A stretch of 47,881 bases of DNA from Chloracidobacterium sp. (GCA_043722725.1 JAYSON010000065.1:1-47881); one strand, 5' to 3'. Positions 25,742 through 36,675 are shown, counted from the stretch's first letter. Notes: generated by a model from the sequence alone, not told the origin. Numbers and translations: made by a program.

Positions 25742-26887
25742 ATGATTTACTTCGATAACAACGCGACGACACAGATCGCACCGGAAGTTTTAGATGCAAT
25801 GCTGCCGTATCTTGGTGCCTCATTCGGCAATCCGTCGTCTGCATATTCGCTTGGCAAGCAGAATTCGAGGGCTATTGCCGCTGCGCGTGAATCGGTCGCG
25901 GATCTGATGGGTGCATCGGACACGAACGAGGTCGTATTCACCTCCTGCGGTACCGAAAGCGACAATTGGGCTATCCTCGGCTCTCTAGAAGCAAACTCCG
26001 AACGCGATCACATAATCACCACCCGTGTCGAACACGAAGCTGTCCGTAAATTGTGCCAAAAGCTTGAGACAGAGCGGTTTAGCGTCACATGGCTGGATGT
26101 CGATCAGAATGGCGAGCTCGACCTTGAGCAGTTGCGAGTTGCTCTGAATGATCGGACCGCTCTTGTTTCCGTCATGCATGCAAACAATGAAACCGGCGTT
26201 GTTTTCCCTGTTGAAAGCATCGCCAAGATCGTCAAAGAATGCTCGAATGCTTTGTTTCATGTTGACGGTGTGAATGCGGCAGGTAAAATCTCCGTTGACC
26301 TGAAAGATACCGATATCGATCTTTATTCGATCTCCGGTCATAAATTTCACGCACCAAAAGGCATCGGTGCACTTTATGTACGGCATTCTGTAAACTTGCG
26401 GCCGTTGTTTACAGGCGGCGGACAGGAAAACAGTCGACGGCCCGGAACGGAGGCTGTTCATCAGATTGCTGGGCTTGGCTCGGCGGCAAATTTAGTAAAA
26501 GATATGTCGGCGATCACCCGAATAGGCGATCTCCGCGACCGTCTGGAAAACGAAATATTGGACAAAATCCAAAATTCTCATTTGAACGGCACACACGACC
26601 CGGGAAAGCGGCTTCCGAATACGTCAAACATTTCCTTCGAAAACACCAACGGCGAAGCGATCCTCGCCCGTCTTGACGATCTCGGCGTATGCGTCTCGAC
26701 CGGCTCCGCCTGCAATTCCGACAACCACACTGCCTCGCCCGTCCTGCAAGCGATGAACATTCCATATTCTCGAGCCATGGGCGCGATCCGATTTTCGCTA
26801 GGCCGCTATAACACCGATGCAGAAGTCGATATTTTACTCACAAACCTGCCGAAGATTATCGCGGATCTTCGTGCGATTGTGGGATAG
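25742..26887 (+). CDS. Cysteine desulfurase, NifS/IscS-like (class V aminotransferase)
   Basis: MIYFDNNATTQ start, PLP lysine motif SGHKFHAPKGIGALYV, and active-site loop STGSACNS. Confidence 0.92.
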   Translation: MIYFDNNATTQIAPEVLDAMLPYLGASFGNPSSAYSLGKQNSRAIAAARESVADLMGASDTNEVVFTSCGTESDNWAILGSLEANSERDHIITTRVEHEAVRKLCQKLETERFSVTWLDVDQNGELDLEQLRVALNDRTALVSVMHANNETGVVFPVESIAKIVKECSNALFHVDGVNAAGKISVDLKDTDIDLYSISGHKFHAPKGIGALYVRHSVNLRPLFTGGGQENSRRPGTEAVHQIAGLGSAANLVKDMSAITRIGDLRDRLENEILDKIQNSHLNGTHDPGKRLPNTSNISFENTNGEAILARLDDLGVCVSTGSACNSDNHTASPVLQAMNIPYSRAMGAIRFSLGRYNTDAEVDILLTNLPKIIADLRAIVG

Positions 26888-27045
26888 GGACGATATATAC
26901 AAGATTGTTCGTGGGATCAAACCATGAAAATAACACTGCGTCTAGAGATGGAAACTGCAATTGTAAGAGTAATACACGAAGCTCTCCAGCATGGTCCGTC
27001 GCGGCTGCGAGATAAAAGACAAGACTCAATGAAATTGCTGAAAAC

Positions 27046-30000
27046 CTAGGCCGATTTCTCGATCCGATATCTTGAGAGTTTGAGGTAAACTCCACGCCGC
27101 GTCAGCCCGAGTTCGTTTGCCACCCGCGAGATGTTCCAGTTGTGCCGGGCCAGGGAGCCTTTGATCATCTGCATTTCGAGTTCGCCCACCGCTTCCTCTA
27201 GCGTCCCACCGGTAGTTCCGGTATTGAATGAAAACGCGCTGTCGTAGGATGCGATTGGCCTGACATTCGAATTCTCGCCAAAGTTAGTCAAGGGACGGGC
27301 GCTTCGTTTTAGTTCGGGCGAGAGATGATCTGGCGTGACCACCTCGTTGTCCACGGCACGGGCGATTATCCTTTGAACCTCGTTGCACAATTGCCGCACG
27401 TTGCCTTCCCACTCGCATACCATCAGCAGATCGACAGTCTGCGGCGTGAACGTGATGTCGTGCTTGCCGAACCGCGACGAATAATGATTGATGTAATAGT
27501 TGATGATCGGCGGAATCTCCGAGCGGCGTTCGCGCAAAGGGGGCACGCGCAGCCGGATAACATTAAGGCGATAATATAGATCTTCGCGGAAGCTGCCGTC
27601 GGCGACCTTTTCCTCGAGCGGCATGTTCGTCGCGGCAATGACACGAACATCCACCTTGATCGGCCGTTTCTCACCAATCGGCTGTACCTCGCCTTCCTGC
27701 AGAAACCGCAGGATTTTAGGCTGTACGTCTATCGGCAGATCCCCGATCTCGTCCAAAAACAATGTGCCGCCGTCAGCCGCGCGGATCATGCCGGGCGAAT
27801 CGGTAACCGCTCCCGTAAATGAGCCTTTTCGATAACCGAACAAATGCCCTTCGGCCAGTTCCTTCGGCACGGCAGTGCAGTTAAACGGTACGAAAACTTT
27901 ATCCTTACGGTTCGATATCGCGTGGATCGCTCGCGATACAAGCTCTTTACCTGTTCCCGAATCGCCCGTTACGAGCACCGTCACGTCCGACGAACGGATC
28001 TTGTAAACTTCCTCGACGAGCGATGTCATCGCCGGCGATGAATGAATAAAGCCCGGCATCAGGCTGTTAGAGGTGTACGGGTTTGCTTCCTGTTCGATCG
28101 GAGCCGCTTTATCGCGCTTACGCAACGAGACAACATCCATTCCCAATTCGACCACGCGAAGCAGCGGCTGAAGCGAGCTGTCGTCATTCAGAACAGCACC
28201 GGCTTGCGGCTGTATCAACAGAAATGCCGGTGTCGCACTCGATGCTCGCAGTGGAAATACCGCCAGGTTCTTTGATTTTATAAACGCCTTTTCGTTCCCT
28301 TTTTGCTGGGCTGCGTCGAATTTTTCGATCAGGTCGGCGCTTTCGTCCGGTGAATAACCGTGCGTGATAAATGGCCGCAGATTTTTGCTCTCGTTCGGCT
28401 CGGCGATGATGATCTTTTTGGCTTGGCTCTCCTGTTGAAGTACGGCGACAAGCTCGCGAAACAGCAGTTCGCGTGATGCGGTCGCCTCGGCCAACCGTAC
28501 CATCAGAAGCTGCGAAACAACCGAATTTTGTCGAACGTGCGCGCCCGACGACTTTTCGGCCAATTTCGGGTCCTTCAGCTTGAGGATCTTTTCGCTGACG
28601 GCGTCAACATAGGACTGAATACCGAGTTTTTTGAATATTTCACCGGCCGTCGTCAAATGTTTGGTTGCCCGCCCAGCCTGCGAGGCGGTGAGATTTCCGC
28701 CGATCAAAAAATGAACAAGGGCGGTGTGATAAAGATCTTCCGCGGCCTCAAATATCGTCAGGCTACGGTTGAAATGATGCACGGCAAGCTGTTTGTCGCC
28801 GTCTTTGACGGCGGCGAGGCCGCGTATCCGCTGAATATTTCCGAGTACAAAAAAGTCGGATGTCGGATCGCTTTCTTCGATCACCTTCAGATAATTTTCG
28901 CATTCTGCCGGTCCGCCTTCGTTCAAATAGCTCTCGGCCAGCACGAGTCCGGCCATGTTGGCATAGTGCTTATCGCCAATGGTAGCAGACAGATCAATCG
29001 TGTCGCGGGCGGTCTCGATCGCTTTCTTGAAATTGCCCTGAGCAAGATAACAACGGGCTAGATTACGCAAAGCCTGGGCTTCGTACCATTCCCGCTTTCT
29101 TTCGCGGGCAAATAAAACGGCTTGCGTAAGAAACTCTTCTGCTTCGTCCAACTCACCCCGAAGTATCTTCAATTCGCCGAGTGAATCCAGGATTCCGGCA
29201 ACATGCACATGATTTGTCGGTAGAGCGAGCTCGAGAGCACGCTTTATCATCTCCTCAGCCTTCGGCCATTCGCCGATTAGCATGAGATTAATGCCGAGAT
29301 TGTTGTAAGCGATGACGGAATTGAGAATATGCTCGGTCCGGTCAAAAAACTCGATCGATTTCTCAAGACACGCAATGCCTTCCTGCGGCCGCCGCAAAAA
29401 CCAATAGGCACCAGACATTTCCGTATAGAATTTGCCGAGCATGAACGGAGCCGACCGCTCACCGATTATCTGAATGCCCTGATCAAAAGACTCAAGCGCT
29501 TTCTCGCTATTTCCTTCCTGATGGTAGCTGAGCGCGATCTCACGATAGGCCTCCGCCATTCCCAGCCAATTGCCGTTCTCCCGAAAATAGGTCAGAGACT
29601 TTTCGGCATAGTCACGTGCTATCGGATATTCATTCAATTTCCGGTAAACGCGGGCCAAGGCGCTGTCGATTATACCTGATAGATGGCCCAGCTCATTTTC
29701 CTGAGCCTGCTTTAGCGTTTTTTTGAGAAGCGTGACAGCTTTTGGCTGGTCGGTTAGATTGTTGTATGCAATTGCGAGCTGCGTCGTCACTCTGATCTGC
29801 GTCTCGTTGTTCAGACGCTTCAGAACGTCTTCGTCTTCGAAAGGCTTCAAAACGTCGAGTGATTCCTTATATCGCCCCACGGTTTCGAGCGTAAATGACA
29901 GCAACCGTTTGAGATTCGCAAAATTATCCGAGGAATGGCTGTAGCCTTCGATAGTATCTATCAGAATCTTTTCGGCTTCGTTTGACAGGCCTTCACGTAG

Positions 30001-30141
30001 TTTTCGGCCGACGCTCAAAAAGATCTCATCGAGCTTCTTGTCGGCGATGTTTCGCGGATGATCTAGGCGCGCATCCTTACCGGATGCAAACGCGCGAACG
30101 TTCCCGGACTTCGAATTAGATCTGTTCGAAAGCGAATTCAT
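27046..30141 (-). CDS. Sigma-54-dependent transcriptional activator (bEBP) with a ~540-aa N-terminal TPR sensor region and C-terminal Fis-type HTH
   Basis: AAA+ core: VTGDSGTGKELVSRAIH (Walker A), FGYRKGSFTGA (GAFTGA variant), GGTLFLDEIGD (Walker B), RVIAATN, REDLYYRLNV. HTH: NISRVANELGLTRRGVYLKLSRY. The N-terminal half consists of many TPR-like repeats. Confidence 0.9.
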   Translation of the reverse strand: MNSLSNRSNSKSGNVRAFASGKDARLDHPRNIADKKLDEIFLSVGRKLREGLSNEAEKILIDTIEGYSHSSDNFANLKRLLSFTLETVGRYKESLDVLKPFEDEDVLKRLNNETQIRVTTQLAIAYNNLTDQPKAVTLLKKTLKQAQENELGHLSGIIDSALARVYRKLNEYPIARDYAEKSLTYFRENGNWLGMAEAYREIALSYHQEGNSEKALESFDQGIQIIGERSAPFMLGKFYTEMSGAYWFLRRPQEGIACLEKSIEFFDRTEHILNSVIAYNNLGINLMLIGEWPKAEEMIKRALELALPTNHVHVAGILDSLGELKILRGELDEAEEFLTQAVLFARERKREWYEAQALRNLARCYLAQGNFKKAIETARDTIDLSATIGDKHYANMAGLVLAESYLNEGGPAECENYLKVIEESDPTSDFFVLGNIQRIRGLAAVKDGDKQLAVHHFNRSLTIFEAAEDLYHTALVHFLIGGNLTASQAGRATKHLTTAGEIFKKLGIQSYVDAVSEKILKLKDPKLAEKSSGAHVRQNSVVSQLLMVRLAEATASRELLFRELVAVLQQESQAKKIIIAEPNESKNLRPFITHGYSPDESADLIEKFDAAQQKGNEKAFIKSKNLAVFPLRASSATPAFLLIQPQAGAVLNDDSSLQPLLRVVELGMDVVSLRKRDKAAPIEQEANPYTSNSLMPGFIHSSPAMTSLVEEVYKIRSSDVTVLVTGDSGTGKELVSRAIHAISNRKDKVFVPFNCTAVPKELAEGHLFGYRKGSFTGAVTDSPGMIRAADGGTLFLDEIGDLPIDVQPKILRFLQEGEVQPIGEKRPIKVDVRVIAATNMPLEEKVADGSFREDLYYRLNVIRLRVPPLRERRSEIPPIINYYINHYSSRFGKHDITFTPQTVDLLMVCEWEGNVRQLCNEVQRIIARAVDNEVVTPDHLSPELKRSARPLTNFGENSNVRPIASYDSAFSFNTGTTGGTLEEAVGELEMQMIKGSLARHNWNISRVANELGLTRRGVYLKLSRYRIEKSA

Positions 30142-30351
30142 CTTACCTCAGCGTACGCGGGATAAACGGCCAATCCTAACCCTGTTTCAGAAACAAGGTC
30201 CGCATCGAATAATGCCTTTCAAATTGAATACTTAGTAAACAGCGCATCTGCAATCTATCAAAAAAAAACCTCTGCGTCCATAATTATCTTTTGCGGAAGC
30301 TGAAAAGAGTTGGACTAGCCAGATGAAGGTATGACATTCTCTTAGCGATAT

Positions 30352-33036
30352 ATGACTGAATGCGAACTAAATGCAGTGGAACAACGGCTTCAACAGGCAA
30401 CCGGAAAGACCGCCGACTGGAAGCATTGGGGACCGTATTTGAGTGAGCGTGCGTGGGGAACGGTCCGAGAAGATTACTCGCCCGACGGTGCGGCGTGGGA
30501 CTATTTCCCGTTCGAAAGCTCTCACCTCAGGGCCTACCGCTGGAACGAGGACGGAATTGCCGGTATATGCGACCGCAAACAGAACGTCTGTTTCGCGGTT
30601 TCGTTTTGGAACGAAAACGACCCGATCCTGAAGGAACGACTGTTCGGCCTGCCTGGCCCAAAAGGGAATCACGGCGAAGATGTTAAGGAATACTATTACT
30701 ATCTCGACAACACGCCGACGCATTGCTACATGAAGTTTCTCTATAAGTATCCGCAGGCAGCGTTTCCTTACGAGAATCTTTATCAGGAGAATGCCAGCCG
30801 CGACAAATCGCAGCGCGAGTACGAATTGATCGACACAGGCGTTTTTGACGACGACAGATATTTCGATGTTTTCGTCGAATACGCAAAGGCCGGCCCCGAA
30901 GATATCTGCATCAAGATTACAGCCGTAAACCATGGTTCCAAAGCGGCTCCGCTGCACATTTTGCCGACGGCCTGGTTTAGAAACACGTGGTCGTGGTCGA
31001 GCGGTGCGGCAAAGCCGGAAGCGTCAAAAACTAAACAAAGCAGCGTTACCGCGATAGCCTTGAAAAAAGAATTACATTGTAATTACACACTGTACTGCGT
31101 TAACTCACCCGACACTTTATTTTGCGAGAATGAGACAAATAACCGCAGCCTTTTCAACGCGGAGAATGCGTCCGCATACACAAAAGACGGAATCGGCGAT
31201 TACGTCGTCAACGGAAATGCGGATTCAGTAAACCCGAGACGAACCGGCACAAAAGCTGCGGCCCATTATCGTTTCGATATCAGCGCCGGTGAATCGAAAG
31301 AAGTGTATCTTCGAATAACCGCAGCGGCATTACCGCCGGGCGATTTTGCTAACGAGTGCGAAGCCGTCTTCGAACAGCGAAAGGCCGAAGCCGATAAATT
31401 TTATGCCGACATAATTCCGGCAAATCTATCGCACGATGCAAAAAACGTGATGAGGCAATCGCTCGCCGGTCTTTTGTGGTCGAAGCAGTATTATCATTAC
31501 GTTGTTAAAGAATGGCTCGAAGGCGATCCGGCCAGCCCGACGCCTTCGAATCAGCGTCTCTCGGGCCGCAACACCGAATGGAAACACCTTTATAATGACG
31601 ACATTATTTCGATGCCCGATAAATGGGAGTATCCGTGGTACGCAGCGTGGGACCTCGCATTTCACTGCATTCCACTGGCTCTTGTCGATCCCGGATTCGC
31701 CAAACGCCAGCTAATATTGCTGCTTCGCGAATGGTATATGCATCCGAACGGGCAGATTCCCGCCTACGAATGGGCTTTGAGCGACGTAAATCCGCCGGTC
31801 CACGCGTGGGCAGCACTGCGGGTTTATCAAATAGAGGAAAAGAACAAAGGTGTCGGCGACCGGGCGTTTTTGGAAAAGGTCTTTCACAAACTTTTGCTCA
31901 ATTTCACCTGGTGGGTAAACCGAAAAGACGCCGAAGGCAACAACGTTTTCGAAGGCGGATTTCTTGGCCTCGACAACGTCGGCGTTTTCGACCGCAGTAA
32001 ACCGCTGCCCGGCGGCGGATTTCTCGAACAATCCGACGGTACAAGTTGGATGGCGATGTATTGCCTGAACATGCTCGCGATCGCTCTCGAACTCGCTCAA
32101 AAAGACAAAGTTTACGAAGACGTTGCGAGCAAATTCTTCGAGCATTTCGTTTTTATCTCGGACGCCATGAACAATCTCGGCAACGAACAGACCGAGCTCT
32201 GGGATCAACATGACGGCTTTTACTATGACGTTATGCATTTACAGGGGCATCAGTTTCCGATCAAGCTGCGTTCGATGGTCGGGCTGATACCGCTGTTTGC
32301 GGTCGAAACAATTGAAGCGGCTTGGCTCGACAAATTGCCGGATTTCCGACGCCGCACGGAATGGCTTCTGGAAAATCGCAAAGATCTGACCAGCGATATT
32401 GCGTGCATGCAGCAGCCGGGCCGCGACGGGCGTCATCTCTTGGCTTTGGTCAATAAAGAGCGGCTCCAACGGGTCCTGCAAACGATGCTTGACGAGGATG
32501 AATTTCTTTCCGACCACGGCATACGCTCACTGTCGCGGTTTCACAAAGACTGCCCTTATTTCCTGGAAATGGAGCACACCGAATACCGCGTCGAATACGA
32601 ACCGGCCGAATCGCGGAGCGGAATGTTCGGCGGCAATTCAAATTGGCGCGGTCCCGTTTGGTTCCCGGTAAATTACCTGCTTATCGAAGCGTTACAGAAA
32701 TTTGATTACTACTATGGCGACGATTTTACAGTCGAATTCCCGACCGGTTCCGGTCAGATGATGACGCTTTGGCAGGTGTCGCAGCAGCTCGAAAAACGCC
32801 TTTGCAATATATTCCTGAGGGATCCGAGCGGAGCCCGGCCTGCATTTGGCGATGTTCCGGCATTTCAAACCAACGAGCATTGGCGCGATAATCTTCTATT
32901 TAATGAATATTTCGATGGCGACAATGGCCGCGGCCTCGGCGCAAATCATCAAACAGGCTGGACCGGCCTGATCGCCAAATTGCTCAAGCAGATGGGTGAA
33001 TATGCGGTAAAAGAACCGAGTCGAGAAGAAAACTAA
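30352..33036 (+). CDS. GH63-type (MGH1-like) glucosidase / mannosylglycerate-hydrolase-like glycoside hydrolase
   Basis: 894 aa. N-terminus: [49 protein letters not shown]. The (alpha/alpha)6 region ([41 protein letters not shown]) matches the bacterial GH63 family as I remember it. Confidence 0.8.
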   Translation: MTECELNAVEQRLQQATGKTADWKHWGPYLSERAWGTVREDYSPDGAAWDYFPFESSHLRAYRWNEDGIAGICDRKQNVCFAVSFWNENDPILKERLFGLPGPKGNHGEDVKEYYYYLDNTPTHCYMKFLYKYPQAAFPYENLYQENASRDKSQREYELIDTGVFDDDRYFDVFVEYAKAGPEDICIKITAVNHGSKAAPLHILPTAWFRNTWSWSSGAAKPEASKTKQSSVTAIALKKELHCNYTLYCVNSPDTLFCENETNNRSLFNAENASAYTKDGIGDYVVNGNADSVNPRRTGTKAAAHYRFDISAGESKEVYLRITAAALPPGDFANECEAVFEQRKAEADKFYADIIPANLSHDAKNVMRQSLAGLLWSKQYYHYVVKEWLEGDPASPTPSNQRLSGRNTEWKHLYNDDIISMPDKWEYPWYAAWDLAFHCIPLALVDPGFAKRQLILLLREWYMHPNGQIPAYEWALSDVNPPVHAWAALRVYQIEEKNKGVGDRAFLEKVFHKLLLNFTWWVNRKDAEGNNVFEGGFLGLDNVGVFDRSKPLPGGGFLEQSDGTSWMAMYCLNMLAIALELAQKDKVYEDVASKFFEHFVFISDAMNNLGNEQTELWDQHDGFYYDVMHLQGHQFPIKLRSMVGLIPLFAVETIEAAWLDKLPDFRRRTEWLLENRKDLTSDIACMQQPGRDGRHLLALVNKERLQRVLQTMLDEDEFLSDHGIRSLSRFHKDCPYFLEMEHTEYRVEYEPAESRSGMFGGNSNWRGPVWFPVNYLLIEALQKFDYYYGDDFTVEFPTGSGQMMTLWQVSQQLEKRLCNIFLRDPSGARPAFGDVPAFQTNEHWRDNLLFNEYFDGDNGRGLGANHQTGWTGLIAKLLKQMGEYAVKEPSREEN

Positions 33037-33116
33037 AAGGTTTGCGAACTAATGCCGGGCGTTGGCGTAAACATATCGTTATAAATTCAGATCTTAAAAC
33101 AGCGTAGGTAAAAACA

Positions 33117-36100
33117 ATGAAAGACGGTTTGTCGGAAACAGGGAAGCCGGTCTTTTTTGACAAAAAGGGACATCGCTCGCGTGTATTCAATTATCTTGGG
33201 CTGACGCTTACGATACTGGCAACGCTTTTACTGGCCGTATTCATAGTCAGCGTACTAATTAATCCGTTTTTACCGCAGATCCGCTTAAAACCGATTGCCG
33301 TTTTGCCACAGCAAAGCGACACAAAACTTCAAATTCCGAATGTTCCCGTTGTTTCAAAGCGTGACGCATTGCTCAAACAGGCGACTGAAAAAGTAAAAGC
33401 AGAGAAGAATATTCGAGCCGATAATAAAGCACAGAAACTTTTGAACAAAGAGCGTTTGCTGACGTCAAGTGTCGCGCCGACACCGCAAGCCGACCCAAGC
33501 CTAAGACCTTTGGCCATCGGCTTTTATGTCAATTGGGACGATTCCAGCTACACCTCGCTCAAGCAAAATATCAATTCGCTCGATTGGATCGTCCCCGAAT
33601 GGCTGCGCTTGTCCGGCGACGAAAATGGTCCGTTAGTTTTAGATATAGATCAAAAAGCTCTGGATCTGATCCGGGAAGAAAAACCCGGCCTGCCTGTCCT
33701 GCCTTTGCTCCAGAATTATCAAAATGAGCAGTGGAATCCGGCCGTTTTAGCAAAATGGATCGATACAGAAGATGCACGCCGGAAGTTGATAGATTCGGTG
33801 GTTGAAGTCGTAGGCAGATATAAGTTCGGCGGCATTACGCTGGATCTTGAAGAAGTTCCCGCCTCTTCACAGAAAAACCTGCTGCTTTTCGTCGAGGAAA
33901 TTCACAGCGAATTTCAAAAAAGAAACCTCAAGCTGGCTCAGGCTGTTCCTTTCGACAACCCTGACTGGAATTATAAAGCGTACGCGGATGCGACCGATTA
34001 TCAAATGCTGATGGCTTACGACCAGCATTGGGAAACGAGCGAGCCGGGATCGATCGCCGGGCAAGACTGGTTTGAAGCTGTACTAAAAAAAAGAATGGCC
34101 GATCTCGCGCCGTCAAAGAGCGTTATCTGCTTCGGTAATTACGGTTACAAATGGGAAAAAGATACGCGTGAGGCCGAGGACATCTCCTTCCAACAGGCAG
34201 TTCTAACCGCTAAAGAATCATTGGATAACCCGAACGAGATCAAGTTCGATTCGACGGTCAGAAATCCGCATTTCACCTATGAAGAGGATGACGGCAAGAG
34301 CTATGAAATATGGTTTCTCGACGCCGTCACGGCCTATAACCAATTACAGGCCGCAAAGCCTTACAACGTTGCCGGGTTTGCGTTATGGCGTCTCGGCAGC
34401 GAAGATCCGTCGCTCTGGAAAATATTCGGTGCCGATTCTTCGGGAGCTTCTCTCGACGCTCTCAAAACGATCAAATACGGGTACGACGTAGATTTCGAAG
34501 GCACCGGCGAGATACTTCAGGTCAAAGCCGAGCCGCAGGACGGAATGCGTGAACTGAAAACAGACGAGAAAGGTTCGGTCTCCAATGAGATTTATCGACA
34601 AATTCCTTCTTCTTATGTTATCCAGCGTGCCGGCGACAAGCCGGGCAAGATCGCTCTCACCTTCGATGACGGGCCCGACCCCGATTGGACTCCGAAAATT
34701 CTCGATATTTTAAAGCAGGAAAACATCAAAGCAGCATTTTTCGTTATCGGTCAAAACGGTCAGGAAAATCCCGATTTGGTGAAGCGTATCGTCAATGAGG
34801 GCCATGAGATAGGAAATCATTCGTACACACATCCGAATTTAGGCGAAGTGCCGCGAGCGGTCACAAATCTCGAACTTAACGCGACGCAGCGGCTAATCGA
34901 ATCGCTGACGGAACACTCGACACGCCTTTTCCGCGCTCCCTTCTTCGGCGATGCCGAGCCGCGCACGCCCGATGAAGTGGAGCCTACCGTAGAGGCGCAA
35001 AATTTGGGCTATATCTCAGTCGGTCTTCATCTCGATCCGGACGACTGGAAGCTGACGAACACTGACGGGACGCCCCATACCGCCGAGCAGATAACGGCGG
35101 AAGTGATTGCGGCGGCTGCAATAACGACGCCCGAAGAACGTGGCAATATAGTCTTGCTTCACGACGGCGGTGGAGATCGTTCAGCTACGGTAGCCGCGCT
35201 GCCAAAGATCATCGAAGAATTAAGGAAGCGCGGATTCGAATTTTCGTCTGTTTCCGACCTCGCGGGCATCTCGCTAGATCAAGCGATGCCGCCGGTTCCG
35301 CAAGATCAGTCATTTTACGCAAAGGCCGATTCATACGTTTTCTACGGCCTTTCGGTCGGTGGTTGGCTGATGCGTTGGACTTTCTTGATCGGCATAATAC
35401 TCGGCCTCGGCCGGATTTCGATCATCGGAATCTTGGCGTTTGCTCAATATCTTCGTTCGCGTCATCGGGAAGTCGAGCATTTTGGCGAAGTGTATCATCC
35501 GTATGTGTCCGTGATTGTTCCCGCATTTAATGAAGAAAAGGTCATCTGCCGTACTATAGAAAGCCTTTTAGCGTCCGATTACGCAAATTTCGAGATCATC
35601 GTCGTCGATGACGGTTCCACGGACGACACGTTTCAGTTAGCGAGCGAGAAATTTCACGGCAAACCCAGGGTGACGGTTTTTACAAAGGAAAACGGTGGAA
35701 AGGCCGAAGCTTTAAATTTCGGGCTGAGAAAGGCTAAGGGCGAGATCGTCGTCGCGCTTGATGCCGATACGCTTTTTGAACCTGAGACAATTTCGGCCCT
35801 TGCCCGTCGCTTTGCCGACGAGAAGATCGGCGCCGTTGCCGGAAACGCCAAGGTCGGAAACCGCATAAACATCGTTACAAAATGGCAGGCTCTTGAATAC
35901 ATAACGTCGCAAAATTTTGACCGGCGGGCGTTTGCGTCTCTCAATTGCATTACCGTAGTGCCGGGCTCGGTCGGTGCGTGGCGAAAAAGCATTTTGGACG
36001 AATTTGGCGGCTTTTCTCCGGACACTTTGGCGGAAGATCAGGACCTGACGATCCAGGTGCGAAAGCTCGGCTACAAGATCGGTTACGAGGAAAATGCTGT

Positions 36101-36620
36101 CGCCTGGACCGAAGCTCCGGATACTCTACGCGGCCTCGCAAAGCAGCGTTTTCGATGGTCGTTCGGCACGCTGCAATGCATGTGGAAGCACAAAAATGCA
36201 ATGCTGAACCCTCGATTCGGCACGCTTGGATTTATCGCAATGCCGAACGTCTGGATCTTTCAGGTTTTGTTTCCACTGATTTCGCCGTTGATGGACCTTA
36301 TGTTCGTTTGGACTTTTGCCTCGGCAATTATCGGGTATCTGGAACATCAAAAGGAATATGCCCATACGCCCAGCAATTTGAGCGAGGTCATGTTCTATTA
36401 CGCCCTGTTTCTAGCCGTTGATTTTCTCGGCGCATTTGCAGCGTTCATGATGGAGAAAAGCGAGTCGAAACGTCTTTTGGGCTGGCTTCTGATCCAGCGT
36501 TTCGGTTACCGGCAGGTCATGTACTGGGTGATGGTCAAATCTGTCTTCACGGCAATTCGCGGTGCTGTTGTCGGCTGGGGTAAAATTGAACGCAAAGCCA
36601 CCGTCACGGTTAAGACTTAA
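33117..36620 (+). CDS. Tri-domain exopolysaccharide synthase: TM anchor + GH18-like domain + CE4 (NodB) polysaccharide deacetylase + TM segments + processive family-2 glycosyltransferase
   Basis: GH18-like region at aa ~131-440 (GGITLDLEE in place of DGxDxDxE). CE4 motifs are all present: TFDDGP, HSYTHP, RAPFFG, LLHDGGG. GT2 motifs: VIVPAFNEE, VVDDGSTD, LDADT, GSVGAWRK, EDQDLT, QRFRWSFG. TM helices lie before, between and after the domains. Confidence 0.85.
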   Translation: MKDGLSETGKPVFFDKKGHRSRVFNYLGLTLTILATLLLAVFIVSVLINPFLPQIRLKPIAVLPQQSDTKLQIPNVPVVSKRDALLKQATEKVKAEKNIRADNKAQKLLNKERLLTSSVAPTPQADPSLRPLAIGFYVNWDDSSYTSLKQNINSLDWIVPEWLRLSGDENGPLVLDIDQKALDLIREEKPGLPVLPLLQNYQNEQWNPAVLAKWIDTEDARRKLIDSVVEVVGRYKFGGITLDLEEVPASSQKNLLLFVEEIHSEFQKRNLKLAQAVPFDNPDWNYKAYADATDYQMLMAYDQHWETSEPGSIAGQDWFEAVLKKRMADLAPSKSVICFGNYGYKWEKDTREAEDISFQQAVLTAKESLDNPNEIKFDSTVRNPHFTYEEDDGKSYEIWFLDAVTAYNQLQAAKPYNVAGFALWRLGSEDPSLWKIFGADSSGASLDALKTIKYGYDVDFEGTGEILQVKAEPQDGMRELKTDEKGSVSNEIYRQIPSSYVIQRAGDKPGKIALTFDDGPDPDWTPKILDILKQENIKAAFFVIGQNGQENPDLVKRIVNEGHEIGNHSYTHPNLGEVPRAVTNLELNATQRLIESLTEHSTRLFRAPFFGDAEPRTPDEVEPTVEAQNLGYISVGLHLDPDDWKLTNTDGTPHTAEQITAEVIAAAAITTPEERGNIVLLHDGGGDRSATVAALPKIIEELRKRGFEFSSVSDLAGISLDQAMPPVPQDQSFYAKADSYVFYGLSVGGWLMRWTFLIGIILGLGRISIIGILAFAQYLRSRHREVEHFGEVYHPYVSVIVPAFNEEKVICRTIESLLASDYANFEIIVVDDGSTDDTFQLASEKFHGKPRVTVFTKENGGKAEALNFGLRKAKGEIVVALDADTLFEPETISALARRFADEKIGAVAGNAKVGNRINIVTKWQALEYITSQNFDRRAFASLNCITVVPGSVGAWRKSILDEFGGFSPDTLAEDQDLTIQVRKLGYKIGYEENAVAWTEAPDTLRGLAKQRFRWSFGTLQCMWKHKNAMLNPRFGTLGFIAMPNVWIFQVLFPLISPLMDLMFVWTFASAIIGYLEHQKEYAHTPSNLSEVMFYYALFLAVDFLGAFAAFMMEKSESKRLLGWLLIQRFGYRQVMYWVMVKSVFTAIRGAVVGWGKIERKATVTVKT

Positions 36621-36630
36621 GTTTAGAGTC

Positions 36631-36650
36631 CCGCCTTTAGGCGGCCTTTT
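36631..36650 (+). terminator. Possible intrinsic terminator after the synthase gene
   Basis: CCGCC-tttag-GGCGG... 5-bp GC stem, then CCTTTT, starting 11 nt after the stop codon. Confidence 0.4.
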
Positions 36651-36675
36651 CAGGTTGCAAGTTTCAGTTTAAATG

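Noticed and set aside
30367-30957. Long antisense ORFs inside large genes, for example 30367-30957, 31711-32238, 41405-42145, 42737-43618, 20197-20886, 23340-23885 and 28528-29061
   Set aside because: Each lies opposite a gene with unambiguous family signatures (GH63, IleS, M50 protease, MreB-like, bEBP). They are typical shadow ORFs with Arg/Ser/Pro-rich translations.
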